A DNA stretch of 64,000 nt, from the NCBI GenBank assembly GCA_042408955.1, contig JBHOQQ010000088.1:650-64649 (forward strand), read 5' to 3'. Source of the stretch: Thermomicrobiales bacterium. Its GTDB lineage: Bacteria > Chloroflexota > Chloroflexia > Thermomicrobiales > UBA6265. The notes beneath the pieces were generated by a model. That model was given only the letters and a program-made list of their open reading frames with translations. It did no database searches and had not been told where the DNA came from. The position numbers were made by a program, and so were the translations under genes. This document shows, piece after piece, positions 22,991 through 32,294 of this stretch. Within the stretch, counting starts at the first letter, position 1; the number at the start of each line of letters is the position of its first letter.

Positions 22991-24121
22991 ATGACGGCGA
23001 CGGTTGCGATGCCAGCGCGGGCGTTCGTTGATCCGGCCCAGGAGCTCGACACGCCCTGCATGGTCATCGACGAGGCTTCGCTGCATCAGAACATTGCGGA
23101 GATGGCCGCCTGGGCCAAGAGTATCGGCGTGGCCATGCGCCCGCATATCAAAACACACAAGACACCAGAAATTGCCAAGCTGCAGCTGGCAGCCGGCGCG
23201 ATCGGGATCACCTGCGCCAAGCTCGGTGAGGCGGAGGTGATGGCCAGCGCGGGCATTGAGGACATCTTGATCGGACATGAAATCGTCGGAGCGCCGAAGA
23301 TTCGCCGCTTGCTCGCCCTCATGGAGCGCGCTCGTGTCATCGTTGGCGTCGATTCGCATGAGGGCGCCGAAGCGCTCTCGGCGGCCATGGCGTCGGCTGA
23401 GCGCACGCTTGACGTATATATCGAGGTGGATACCGGCCATCACCGGGCGGGCGTGCCAGCGGGTGAGCCAGCGTGCCGCCTGGCGCTTGAGGTGGCGCGC
23501 CTGCCAGGGTTGCGTGTTATTGGCCTATTCACGCATGAAGGGCATGCCAACGCCGCGCCGCCTGACCAGATCGAGGAGATCGCGCGGGCGGCGGGGCGGG
23601 CCATGGCGGAAACGGCCGAGCGAATCCGCTCCCAGGGACTGGACATCGAGGCCGTCAGCGTTGGCTCGACACCCGCCGCTGCGTATACCCCGACGGTGCC
23701 AGGAATCACCGAGATGCGGCCAGGAACCTATGTTTTCCGGGACGCCAGCGGGTTCCGTTACGGCATCTACGGGCCGGACCGGTGCGCTGCCCGGATCGTT
23801 GCGACCGTCGTCAGCCGGCCGGCGCCGGACCGCGCCGTGCTGGATGCGGGCTCGAAAGTGCTCGCGCTCGATAAGACCCCGTCTCATCTGGGTCATGGTT
23901 ATATCGTTGGCCACGAGCGGGCCATCATCGACCGGCTGAGCGAGGAGCACGGCGTGGTGATCCTGCCGCCGGATGAGACCGGTCTGCGGGTGGGTGACCG
24001 GGTGGAGATTATCCCCAATCACGTCTGCCCGACGGTCAATTTGGCCGACGAACTGCTGGTGCTCCGCGACGGTCGCGTCACTGATGTCTGGAAGGTCGCG
24101 GCGCGCGGCAAGGTGCGGTGA
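22991..24121 (+). CDS. Fold-type III PLP enzyme (DSD1 / D-threonine aldolase-like)
   Basis: LDTP, RPHIKTHK (PLP Lys), EVDTG--RAG, GSTP, E-RPG-Y, SEEHG, PNHVC. Confidence 0.88.
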   Translation: MTATVAMPARAFVDPAQELDTPCMVIDEASLHQNIAEMAAWAKSIGVAMRPHIKTHKTPEIAKLQLAAGAIGITCAKLGEAEVMASAGIEDILIGHEIVGAPKIRRLLALMERARVIVGVDSHEGAEALSAAMASAERTLDVYIEVDTGHHRAGVPAGEPACRLALEVARLPGLRVIGLFTHEGHANAAPPDQIEEIARAAGRAMAETAERIRSQGLDIEAVSVGSTPAAAYTPTVPGITEMRPGTYVFRDASGFRYGIYGPDRCAARIVATVVSRPAPDRAVLDAGSKVLALDKTPSHLGHGYIVGHERAIIDRLSEEHGVVILPPDETGLRVGDRVEIIPNHVCPTVNLADELLVLRDGRVTDVWKVAARGKVR

Positions 24122-24185
24122 ACTCCGGGAGATTGCCGCTCTGACATCATCACCTGACCGTGTTGAGCCGAGGCGTGATAATGTC

Positions 24186-25586
24186 GTGACGCAGCTAAGT
24201 TCGGGTGAAGTCCTGCGCATCCCTGATCCTTCTCTCGTTGTTCTCATTGGCGTCGCGGGGTCAGGAAAATCCACCTTTGCGATGCGTCACTTCCGGCCGA
24301 CCGAGGTGGTCTCGTCAGACGCCTGCCGGGCGCTGGTCTCCGACGATCCAGCCAATCAAGCGGCGACGCGCGCCGCATTCGAGGTATTGCACCTCATCGT
24401 TGCGAAGCGCCTGGAATTTCTCAAGCTCGCAGTCGTAGACGCCACGAACGTTCAGCCGCGTGCGCGGGAGCGCCTGATCCGCCTTGCCGCAGAGCACGAC
24501 TTGCCCGCGATCGCCATCGTATTGGATCTGCCCGCGCGTCTATGCGAGGAGCGCGACCGGGCGCGGCCGGACCGCCAAGTCGGTCCTGATGTGATCCGGT
24601 ATCAATATGAGACGCTGCACCGGTCGCTGCCATCCCTGGCCAGCGAAGGGTTCCGAGCTGTCTACCGCCTGACAACTCCGGAGGCGATCGAGGCCACGCG
24701 TGTGGAGCGCGTGCCCCTTCCACCGGATCGCCGGACGGACCATGGACCGTTTGACATCATCGGTGACGTGCACGGCTGCTTCGAAGAGCTCTGCGAATTG
24801 CTTGGCGAGCTTGGATACGCGATCTCCGAGCGTGCTTGCGAGGACAGCAGCCCCTGGTATCACGTGCGGCCGCCAGCGGGCCGGCGGGCGCTGTTCCTTG
24901 GCGACCTTGTTGACCGGGGGCCCAACAGCCCGGCTGTGCTCCGGCTCGTGATGGGGATGGTCCAGGCAGGCACCGCACTCTGCGTCCCAGGCAACCACGA
25001 TGACAAACTGATGCGCTACCTCAATGGCCGCAAAGTCAAGATCGCCCATGGGCTGGCAACGACCCTGGAGCAACTGGAGCGAGAGTCACCGGACTTTCGC
25101 GAGCGCGTCCGTGCGTTCATTGCAGGGCTGACCCACCATTACGTGCTGGACGGAGGGCAGCTGGTGGTCGCCCACGCTGGGATGAAAGAGCAGTTGCAGG
25201 GGCGAGATTCGAAGCGCGTCCGGGATTATGCGTTGTACGGGGAAACGACCGGTGAGCTTGATGAGTATGGATTGCCCATCCGGATTGATTGGGCCGCGCA
25301 CTACCAGGGCCGGGCGATCGTCGTCTATGGGCATACCCCGGTGCACGAGCCAACCTGGGTCAATCGGACGATCAATATTGATACCGGTTGTGTGTTTGGT
25401 GGCCGGCTGACAGCCCTTCGGTATCCAGAGCTGGTGTTGGCCTCGGTGCTGGCCCGCCAGACGTACGCTGTCCGAGGACGGCCATTTTTGCGTCCGGTCG
25501 AGGCTGGGCTGCCCCCGGCTCCTGGCTTTGCCGTGGAGCGAGCGCTGGGTAGAGGCAACGAGCTCGATCGACTGGGCGGCACCTGA
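24186..25586 (+). CDS. Polynucleotide kinase-phosphatase (Pnkp-like) without the C-terminal ligase domain
   Basis: P-loop GVAGSGKST, SSD, DATN; metallophosphoesterase GDVHG, GDLVDRG, GNHD, HAG, YGHTP, DTGC. The ORF stops right after the phosphatase. Confidence 0.85.
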   Translation: MTQLSSGEVLRIPDPSLVVLIGVAGSGKSTFAMRHFRPTEVVSSDACRALVSDDPANQAATRAAFEVLHLIVAKRLEFLKLAVVDATNVQPRARERLIRLAAEHDLPAIAIVLDLPARLCEERDRARPDRQVGPDVIRYQYETLHRSLPSLASEGFRAVYRLTTPEAIEATRVERVPLPPDRRTDHGPFDIIGDVHGCFEELCELLGELGYAISERACEDSSPWYHVRPPAGRRALFLGDLVDRGPNSPAVLRLVMGMVQAGTALCVPGNHDDKLMRYLNGRKVKIAHGLATTLEQLERESPDFRERVRAFIAGLTHHYVLDGGQLVVAHAGMKEQLQGRDSKRVRDYALYGETTGELDEYGLPIRIDWAAHYQGRAIVVYGHTPVHEPTWVNRTINIDTGCVFGGRLTALRYPELVLASVLARQTYAVRGRPFLRPVEAGLPPAPGFAVERALGRGNELDRLGGT

Positions 25587-25916
25587 GCGAATCCGCTAAG
25601 CCCTGGGCCTCCATCTCATCCGCCGTGGTGGCGCAAAGGCAGCAGCATCGGAGCGCAATCCCGTCCGGGCCCGGCTCAGGCGCTCGTTGCCATTGCCGGG
25701 CAAGAGCCTGGCGCGGGTATCTCCTCACCGTACAGCGCGGAAGGTGATTCCGGTGATCTCGATACTATCAGCAAGCGACGATCTGGACGCTACGAACGCC
25801 TTGGTGCAACGATCACCAACTGATGCGTTAAGCATCGTTGACGTGCCTATCTGACGAACTATTGCTGGTCAGCACTCTACGGGACGATTCGTTGCCGGGA
25901 AAGCGCGCGCCGGGGC

Positions 25917-25948
25917 AAAAACGAGCGGGCAGCATACACTGCCCGCTC
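25917..25948 (-). terminator. Intrinsic terminator of gltB
   Basis: Minus strand GAGCGGGCAG-TGTATG-CTGCCCGCTC then GTTTTT, about 30 nt after the gltB stop. Confidence 0.75.
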
Positions 25949-25979
25949 ACAGGGTCCGCATCTGCGAAATGTGACAGCG

Positions 25980-28900
25980 TCAGTCCGCTGCGCCCTTGGC
26001 CTCGACCTCGTCAGGCGTGGTGACGGAAAGCAGTAACGTCGCCCGCGGAATCACCTTCCAGGTCGCGCTCAGGGTCTCGTTCCAGTTCGCAAGCAACGCC
26101 TGTGCGTGCGCGCTCCCGGTCAGCTCCACATGCCGCTCGATCAGCTCACGCAGGCGTGCGGCATCCTCGGTGCTCAGTCCGCGCTCAACCAGCACCGATT
26201 CGCCATTGATCCGGCCGTCGAACTCTCCCGCTGGGTCGTAGACATACGCGATGCCGTTGGTCATCCCAGCGCCGAAATTGCGCCCGGTCGGGCCGAGGAC
26301 GACGACGGTGCCGCCGGTCATGTACTCGCAGCCATGATCGCCGACACCCTCGACCACAGCGGTGGCTCCGCTGTTGCGGACGGCGAAGCGCTCTCCGGCC
26401 TTACCCGCGAGGTAGAGCTCGCCGCCGGTAGCGCCGTACAAGATAGTGTTGCCCGCAATCACTTGCGGATCGCGGAATGAAGCCTCACGCGGCGGCCGGA
26501 TGGCGATCACGCCGCCGCTCATGCCTTTGCCAACGTAGTCATTCGCTTCCCCTTCCAAGATGAGCCGCATGCCGTCTACGAGGAACGCGCCAAAGCTCTG
26601 GCCGGCGCTGCCAGTGAACCGCGCGACCACCTTGCCGATGCGCGGGTTGTTCTTGCCGCGCAAGAGCGCAAGCTCGCCGGCTACACGAGCGCCGACCGTG
26701 CGATCCGGTGTGCCGATCTGGTGCTTGATGCTCACCGAGCGGCCCTCCCGGATGGCGTCGCCCACGGTTTCCAGCATCCAGTCATCAATCGTCGGCTGCG
26801 CATCCTGGACGTCGATCGTCTTGCGGCGCTCGGTCTCGGGCGCGGGGGCGGCGAAGAGGGACGACAGGTCCAGCATGGCCGCGCGGCCCGACAGATCGGT
26901 GCGCTGCGCAAGGAGATCGGAGCGCCCGACGATCTCATCAATGGAGCGAGCGCCGATATCGGCCAATACCTGGCGAACTCCCTCGGCCAGCAGGAGGAAG
27001 TAATTGATGATCTGCTCCGGCGTGCCGGCGAACCGCTTCCGTAGCTCTTCCTTTTGCGTGGCGATGCCGGTCGGGCAGGAGTTGAGGTGGCACTGGCGGG
27101 CCATGTCGCAGCCGATGGCAACAAGCGCCGAGGTGCCGAAGCCGAATTCCTCCGCGCCGAGCATCGCGGCAATCACGACATCTTCGGGCGTCTTGATCCC
27201 GCCGTCGGTGCGGAGCCGGACGCGCGACCGCAACCCATTCATCACCAGGGTTTGCTGCGTTTCGGCCAGACCGAGTTCCCACGGGCAACCCGCGTGCTTG
27301 ATCGACGCTAGCGGCGACGCGCCCGTTCCGCCACTGTGGCCGCTGATCAGGATGTAATCGGCGCGCGCCTTGGCGACGCCGGCGGCGATGGTGCCCACTC
27401 CTGCCTCGGCAACCAGCTTGACGCCGATCTTTGCCCGCGGGTTGCACTGCCGCAGGTCGTAGATCAATTGCGCCAAATCTTCGATCGAGTAGATATCGTG
27501 GTGTGGCGGGGGCGAGATCAGCGGAAGGCCCGGCACAGCGTGGCGAATGCGGGCGATGAACTCGGTCACCTTGTGGCCTGGAAGCTGGCCGCCTTCACCG
27601 GGCTTGCTGCCTTGGGCCATCTTGATCTCGAGTTCCGAGGCCATCGCCAGATAGCGCGCGGTCACGCCGAAGCGGCCGGACGCGACCTGTTTGACCTTCG
27701 AGTGGGCGATGTCTGGACCGGGCTCGTCGTACCAATCCGGATCCTCGCCGCCTTCGCCGGAGTTCGAGCGTGCCCCCAGGCGATTCATCCCGATCGCAAG
27801 CGTTCGATACGCCTCGGGGCTGAGCGCGCCCAGCGACATGGCCGTGACGACGAATCGCTGCACGATCTCCGATGCCGGCTCGACCTCATCGCGTGGGACG
27901 GGGTCGCCCAGCGGCTTGATCGTCATCAGGTCGCGGACGGCCGTCAGCGGGTGATTCCTCACCAACTCACGGTACGCGGCAAAGTCCGACAGGCTGCCGC
28001 TGTTCGCCGCTGCCTGCAATGCCTTGACGGCGGTCGGATTGAACGCGTGATGCTCACCGTCCTTGCGGAACCGGACGAAGCCAGGGTCTGGAAGCTTGGT
28101 GGCTGGCTCCCCGAATGCCTCCCGGTGGCGTCGCAGCACATCAGCCTCGATTTCGGCCAGCCCGATGCCCCCCAGACGCGAAGGAGTGCCGCTGAAGTAC
28201 CGATCAATAACCTCCTGGGACAACCCGATCGCTTCGAAGATCTGCGCTCCCCGGTAGCCCATGGCCGTGGAGATGCCCATCTTCGACGCAACTTTCAGGA
28301 AGCCGTGTTCCAGCGCCTTGATGTAGTTGCGCTGCAAATCCGCCGCTGTCTTGTCCTCGTGCCCCCGGGTACCGGCAAGCTCACCCGCAGCCTGGAGGGC
28401 GAGATAGGGATGGACGGCGGATGCGCCATAGCCGATCAGGCAGGCCAGATGATGCACATCCCAGACCTCACCGGTCTCACAGACGAGATCGGCCTGCATG
28501 CGTAAGCCCTTGCGGCGCAGATCGTGGTGTATGGCACCGACTGCCAGAAGCATCGGGATCGGCGCGCACCGCTCGCTGACTCCCCGGTCCGACAGAATGA
28601 GCACCGAGACACCCTCGCGCACAGCAGACTCTGCCTGGGCGATCAGGCAGTCGAGCGCCGCCTGGAGTGGCGCGGCGGGCACCGGCCCGGATGCGGCCTC
28701 GTCACCCGGCACTTCAAAGAGCGTGGAGAGCCGGCGCGCGCGGAGCCGGCCAGTGTTCAAGGCGGCCAGGACCTCAAGCTGGTCTTCCGAGAGGACGATG
28801 CTGGGCAAGTGAACTAGCTCAGCCGCGTCGGGCGTCTCCACGAGGAGGTTGACGCGCGGCCCCACGAACGAATCGAGCGCCATGATCTTCTTTTCGCGCA

Positions 28901-30491
28901 GCGAGTCAATCGGTGGATTGGTGACCTGGGCGAAGCGCTGGCGGAAGTAGGCGGACAGCGGGCGCGGCCGTTCGGAGAGCACGGCCAGCGGCGCATCGTC
29001 TCCCATCGACCAGGTCGGTTCCTTGGCTTCGCTTGCCATCGGCTGGATGATGAGTCGCGCATCTTCCGCCGAGTAACCAAAGGCGCGCTGCACCGCGAGG
29101 AGATTCTCGAGCCGAGTGCGGGCGGGCGACTCATCGCTCGGCGGTATCGTGATGCGGCGCGTGGCCAGCCAGTAACCGTAGGGAGCGCGGGCCGCGATCT
29201 CCTGCTTGATATCGGGGTTCCGCAAGACCAGGCCACGCTGGGTATCGACGACGATCATCTGTCCCGGCCCAAGGCGGCCTTTCTCGACGACGCGCTCCTG
29301 CTCGACAGCAACGGTGCCAGCTTCCGATCCGGCGATCAGGAGGCCGTCGTTGGTAATCGCGTAGCGCAAGGGGCGCAGGCCGTTGCGGTCGAGCGTGGCC
29401 CCGGCGATTACGCCATCCGTAAAGGCGAGCGCCGCTGGCCCATCCCACTGCTCGATCAGGCCGGCGTGGAAATCGTAGAAAGCGCGCCGGTCCGCGGGCA
29501 TCTCGGGAAGCTGCTCCCAGGGCTCCGGTACGAGCATCATCAGGGCATGAGGCAGCGACCGGCCGCCGTGGTAGAGAAGCTCCACAACGTTATCGAGGCT
29601 GGCCGAGTCGCTCCCGGTGAGCGAAACGACCGGTTCAAGCCGCTCTGGGCCAATACCGTCCGCATATGCGAGGGACGACGTTCGGGCCAGCATCCATTGG
29701 CGATTCCCCTGGACGGTGTTGATCTCGCCGTTATGGGCAATGAAGCGGAATGGCTGGGCCATTGCCCACGTCGGTAGCGTGTTCGTGCTGTAGCGCTGGT
29801 GGAAAAGCGCGATCGCGCTGGTGAACGCGGGATCACGCAGGTCGGCATAGAACGCCGCGAGGTCCTCGGGCAGGCAGAAACCCTTGTAGATGATCGTTCG
29901 TGCCGAGCAGGACACTACATATAGATCGTGAAGCGTCACCGCTTCCGCCCGGCGCTCGGCGGCTTTCCTCGCCAGCATGAGCGCGCGTTCGAATTGCTCG
30001 ATGGTTTGCGCGGCAGGGCGAGCGACCAGTAATTGGGCGATGCACGGTTGCGTTCGCGCGGCAATTTGTCCGAGCACAGATGAATCAGTTGGGACGGTGC
30101 GCCAGCCTATGACCGGCAGCCCGGTCTCGCGCATGGCCGCTTCGAGCATCTCTCTGCCGCGGACTTCTTTATCGTCGTCGCGTGGGAGAAAGACCATCGC
30201 CACACCGTAGTCTCCGGCGGCCATGGAGGGATAGCCGTGCTTGGCAAGCTCGGGCGCAAAGAGGGCGTGCGGGATCTGGGTGAGGATGCCGGCGCCGTCG
30301 CCCGTCCGCTCGTCGGCGCTGACGCCGCCGCGGTGAGTCAAGTTGATTAAACCGGCCAGCGCGCGCTCGACGATCTCCCGGCTCGGACGGCCCTGGATAT
30401 CGACAACTAATCCGACACCGCATGCATCATGCTCAAACGTTGGATCATAGAGCGGCGCCAAGGTAACCGTTTCGCGAGATTGGCGTGTCAT
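25980..30491 (-). CDS. gltB: Glutamate synthase large subunit
   Basis: GAGGAGG RBS; HDACGVG (Ntn Cys), HQRYSTNT, HNGEINT, KQVASGRFG, KMAQGSKPGEGG, ISPPPHHDIYSIEDL, CDMARQCHLNSCP, C-terminal GXGXG repeats. Confidence 0.97.
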   Translation of the reverse strand: MTRQSRETVTLAPLYDPTFEHDACGVGLVVDIQGRPSREIVERALAGLINLTHRGGVSADERTGDGAGILTQIPHALFAPELAKHGYPSMAAGDYGVAMVFLPRDDDKEVRGREMLEAAMRETGLPVIGWRTVPTDSSVLGQIAARTQPCIAQLLVARPAAQTIEQFERALMLARKAAERRAEAVTLHDLYVVSCSARTIIYKGFCLPEDLAAFYADLRDPAFTSAIALFHQRYSTNTLPTWAMAQPFRFIAHNGEINTVQGNRQWMLARTSSLAYADGIGPERLEPVVSLTGSDSASLDNVVELLYHGGRSLPHALMMLVPEPWEQLPEMPADRRAFYDFHAGLIEQWDGPAALAFTDGVIAGATLDRNGLRPLRYAITNDGLLIAGSEAGTVAVEQERVVEKGRLGPGQMIVVDTQRGLVLRNPDIKQEIAARAPYGYWLATRRITIPPSDESPARTRLENLLAVQRAFGYSAEDARLIIQPMASEAKEPTWSMGDDAPLAVLSERPRPLSAYFRQRFAQVTNPPIDSLREKKIMALDSFVGPRVNLLVETPDAAELVHLPSIVLSEDQLEVLAALNTGRLRARRLSTLFEVPGDEAASGPVPAAPLQAALDCLIAQAESAVREGVSVLILSDRGVSERCAPIPMLLAVGAIHHDLRRKGLRMQADLVCETGEVWDVHHLACLIGYGASAVHPYLALQAAGELAGTRGHEDKTAADLQRNYIKALEHGFLKVASKMGISTAMGYRGAQIFEAIGLSQEVIDRYFSGTPSRLGGIGLAEIEADVLRRHREAFGEPATKLPDPGFVRFRKDGEHHAFNPTAVKALQAAANSGSLSDFAAYRELVRNHPLTAVRDLMTIKPLGDPVPRDEVEPASEIVQRFVVTAMSLGALSPEAYRTLAIGMNRLGARSNSGEGGEDPDWYDEPGPDIAHSKVKQVASGRFGVTARYLAMASELEIKMAQGSKPGEGGQLPGHKVTEFIARIRHAVPGLPLISPPPHHDIYSIEDLAQLIYDLRQCNPRAKIGVKLVAEAGVGTIAAGVAKARADYILISGHSGGTGASPLASIKHAGCPWELGLAETQQTLVMNGLRSRVRLRTDGGIKTPEDVVIAAMLGAEEFGFGTSALVAIGCDMARQCHLNSCPTGIATQKEELRKRFAGTPEQIINYFLLLAEGVRQVLADIGARSIDEIVGRSDLLAQRTDLSGRAAMLDLSSLFAAPAPETERRKTIDVQDAQPTIDDWMLETVGDAIREGRSVSIKHQIGTPDRTVGARVAGELALLRGKNNPRIGKVVARFTGSAGQSFGAFLVDGMRLILEGEANDYVGKGMSGGVIAIRPPREASFRDPQVIAGNTILYGATGGELYLAGKAGERFAVRNSGATAVVEGVGDHGCEYMTGGTVVVLGPTGRNFGAGMTNGIAYVYDPAGEFDGRINGESVLVERGLSTEDAARLRELIERHVELTGSAHAQALLANWNETLSATWKVIPRATLLLSVTTPDEVEAKGAAD

Positions 30492-30531
30492 CCAGCTATC
30501 CTCCTCAAGCAAGGTGTCGGGTGCCGGGACG

Positions 30532-30548
30532 TTCGGCGCTCAGCACAA
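30532..30548. promoter_or_regulatory. Candidate PucR-family operator, site 1
   Basis: TTCGG-CGCTCAG-CACAA resembles TTGTG-N7-CACAA and shares the GCGCTCAG-AC core with site 2. Confidence 0.4.
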
Positions 30549-30728
30549 ATCGTGATGTCTCTCACAATGTCTAGAGGCGAATGAAATTCTGAGAGCGTCC
30601 TGGCGGCTTCATTGCCGGCGAAGGCGTCGCCCCAGCCAAGGCGTGGCACGGCCATCGATGGGGTGAAGTGTAGAAACGGTACGCGCACGAGAACACGTGC
30701 CGAGCGCAGCATTCTTGGCACTCGGGAA

Positions 30729-30745
30729 TTGTGCGCTCAGTACCA
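30729..30745. promoter_or_regulatory. Candidate PucR-family operator, site 2
   Basis: TTGTG-CGCTCAG-TACCA. Confidence 0.4.
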
Positions 30746-30920
30746 AGCCGTGCGTCTTCAACGAACAGTTTGCACGAGTTCGTCCCCCTGCCTAGGCGTG
30801 CGCTGGACCGAGGGGTTGAGGATAAGCGGGCGAAGGTTGATTCACGCATCGCATCGGGCTACGCTTTGTGCCAGTGTTTTTGGATCGAGCGCCCAAATGG
30901 AAGGGCGGAAGGATTGTTGG

Positions 30921-32270
30921 ATGGTCATCGAGACAAATCCGGACGCTGCCACGACGCGTGGGGTGGGTCACATGCTAGATCGGCTGGCAGCCGCAAATGT
31001 GCGCCTGGTTGATCTCCTCTTCTCGGATATTACTGGTGGAGCCAAGGCGCTCACGATTCCGGTCGAATTGCTCGCAACCACCCTGGAGCAGGGATATCGC
31101 TTCGACGGCTCTGCGCTGACGGGAACTCGCCGGGTCGAGCTTGATCTTTACCTGGTTCCGGATCCGGCGACGCTCCTCGTGCTGACGGCAGCCGAGCAGC
31201 GAGATCGCCGCGCACGGATGTGCTGCTCGGTCAAACGGCGCGATGGGCAACCGTTTGACGGCGATCCACGCTCGGTGTTGGAGCGCCAGCTTGCGGTGGC
31301 GCGCGCGGCTGGCTTCGAGTATCGCGTGGGGATCGAGGTCGAGTTCTACCTGGTTCGTGGCGACTGGCCGGATCCGGTGCGCACGCGCGATGCGGCCGGG
31401 TATTTCGATGTCGGCGAGGATGCCTCATCTCGCGTGCGTGATGAGGTTGTGGAAACGCTGCATGCCCTGGGGATCGGCGTGGGTGGCGCACATCACGAGA
31501 CCGGACCCGGCCAGGAAGAGCTTGACCTGCTCGCAACCGACGCGCTGCGCATGGCCGACCAGCTCATCACGGTGCGGCAGGTGGTGCGCTCGGTTGCGCA
31601 ACGACACGGGCTGCGGGCGACATTTATGCCAAAGCCGTTCTCCGACGCGCCTGGGTCAGGGATGCACATCTTTCAGCGCTTGCGCCGGTACCCGGACGGG
31701 AGCGACGCGTTCCTCGTTCGCGAAGGAGATGCGCTCTCCGCAACCGCGTATCACTTCATCGCGGGCCAGCTCTCGCACGCGACCGGTATGTGCGCGGTGT
31801 TGTGTCCGACGGTCAATTCCTACAAACGGCTCAACGCAGGACACCGGGCGCCGCGGCATGCGACCTGGGCGCACGTCAGCCAGTCGTCGCTGATCCGCGT
31901 TCCGTCGTGGGCGCCGGGTGGCGAGGCAGCCATCGAGCTGCGTTCGCCCGATGCGATGGCGAATCCCTATCTTGCGCTCGCGGTAACGCTCGCCTGTGGT
32001 CTCGACGGCATTCGCCAGGGAGAGGAGCCGCCCGAGCCATTGGAGGAGACGCTCACTGCATACGACGACGAAGGCATGCAGCGCATCGGAGTGCCGCGCT
32101 TGCCGAGCACCCTGGGAGAGGCGCTCAGCGCCTTGACGCATGACCCGGTGGTCCAAGATGCGCTCGGTGTCTACGTCTACGACCAATTGCTCGCGGTCAA
32201 GCGCGCGGAGTGGGAAGAGTATCGCGCACAGGTCGGATCGTGGGAGCTCCAGCGTTACGGCGATGCCTGA
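30921..32270 (+). CDS. Glutamine synthetase type I family protein (divergent active site)
   Basis: FDGS, GIEVEF, HHETGPGQEE, ATFMPKP, GSGMH, NSYKRL, IELRSPD, NPYL. It has GHRAP instead of GYEAP and SQS instead of NRS. Confidence 0.85.
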   Translation: MVIETNPDAATTRGVGHMLDRLAAANVRLVDLLFSDITGGAKALTIPVELLATTLEQGYRFDGSALTGTRRVELDLYLVPDPATLLVLTAAEQRDRRARMCCSVKRRDGQPFDGDPRSVLERQLAVARAAGFEYRVGIEVEFYLVRGDWPDPVRTRDAAGYFDVGEDASSRVRDEVVETLHALGIGVGGAHHETGPGQEELDLLATDALRMADQLITVRQVVRSVAQRHGLRATFMPKPFSDAPGSGMHIFQRLRRYPDGSDAFLVREGDALSATAYHFIAGQLSHATGMCAVLCPTVNSYKRLNAGHRAPRHATWAHVSQSSLIRVPSWAPGGEAAIELRSPDAMANPYLALAVTLACGLDGIRQGEEPPEPLEETLTAYDDEGMQRIGVPRLPSTLGEALSALTHDPVVQDALGVYVYDQLLAVKRAEWEEYRAQVGSWELQRYGDA

Positions 32271-32294
32271 TGCGGCTCGTAGTGTGATGGCTCA

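Noticed and set aside
30606-30617. ANTAR-type hairpin GGC-AATGAA-GCC on the gltB strand
   Set aside because: Only one hairpin was found; ANTAR targets need a tandem pair, and no linked terminator is seen.
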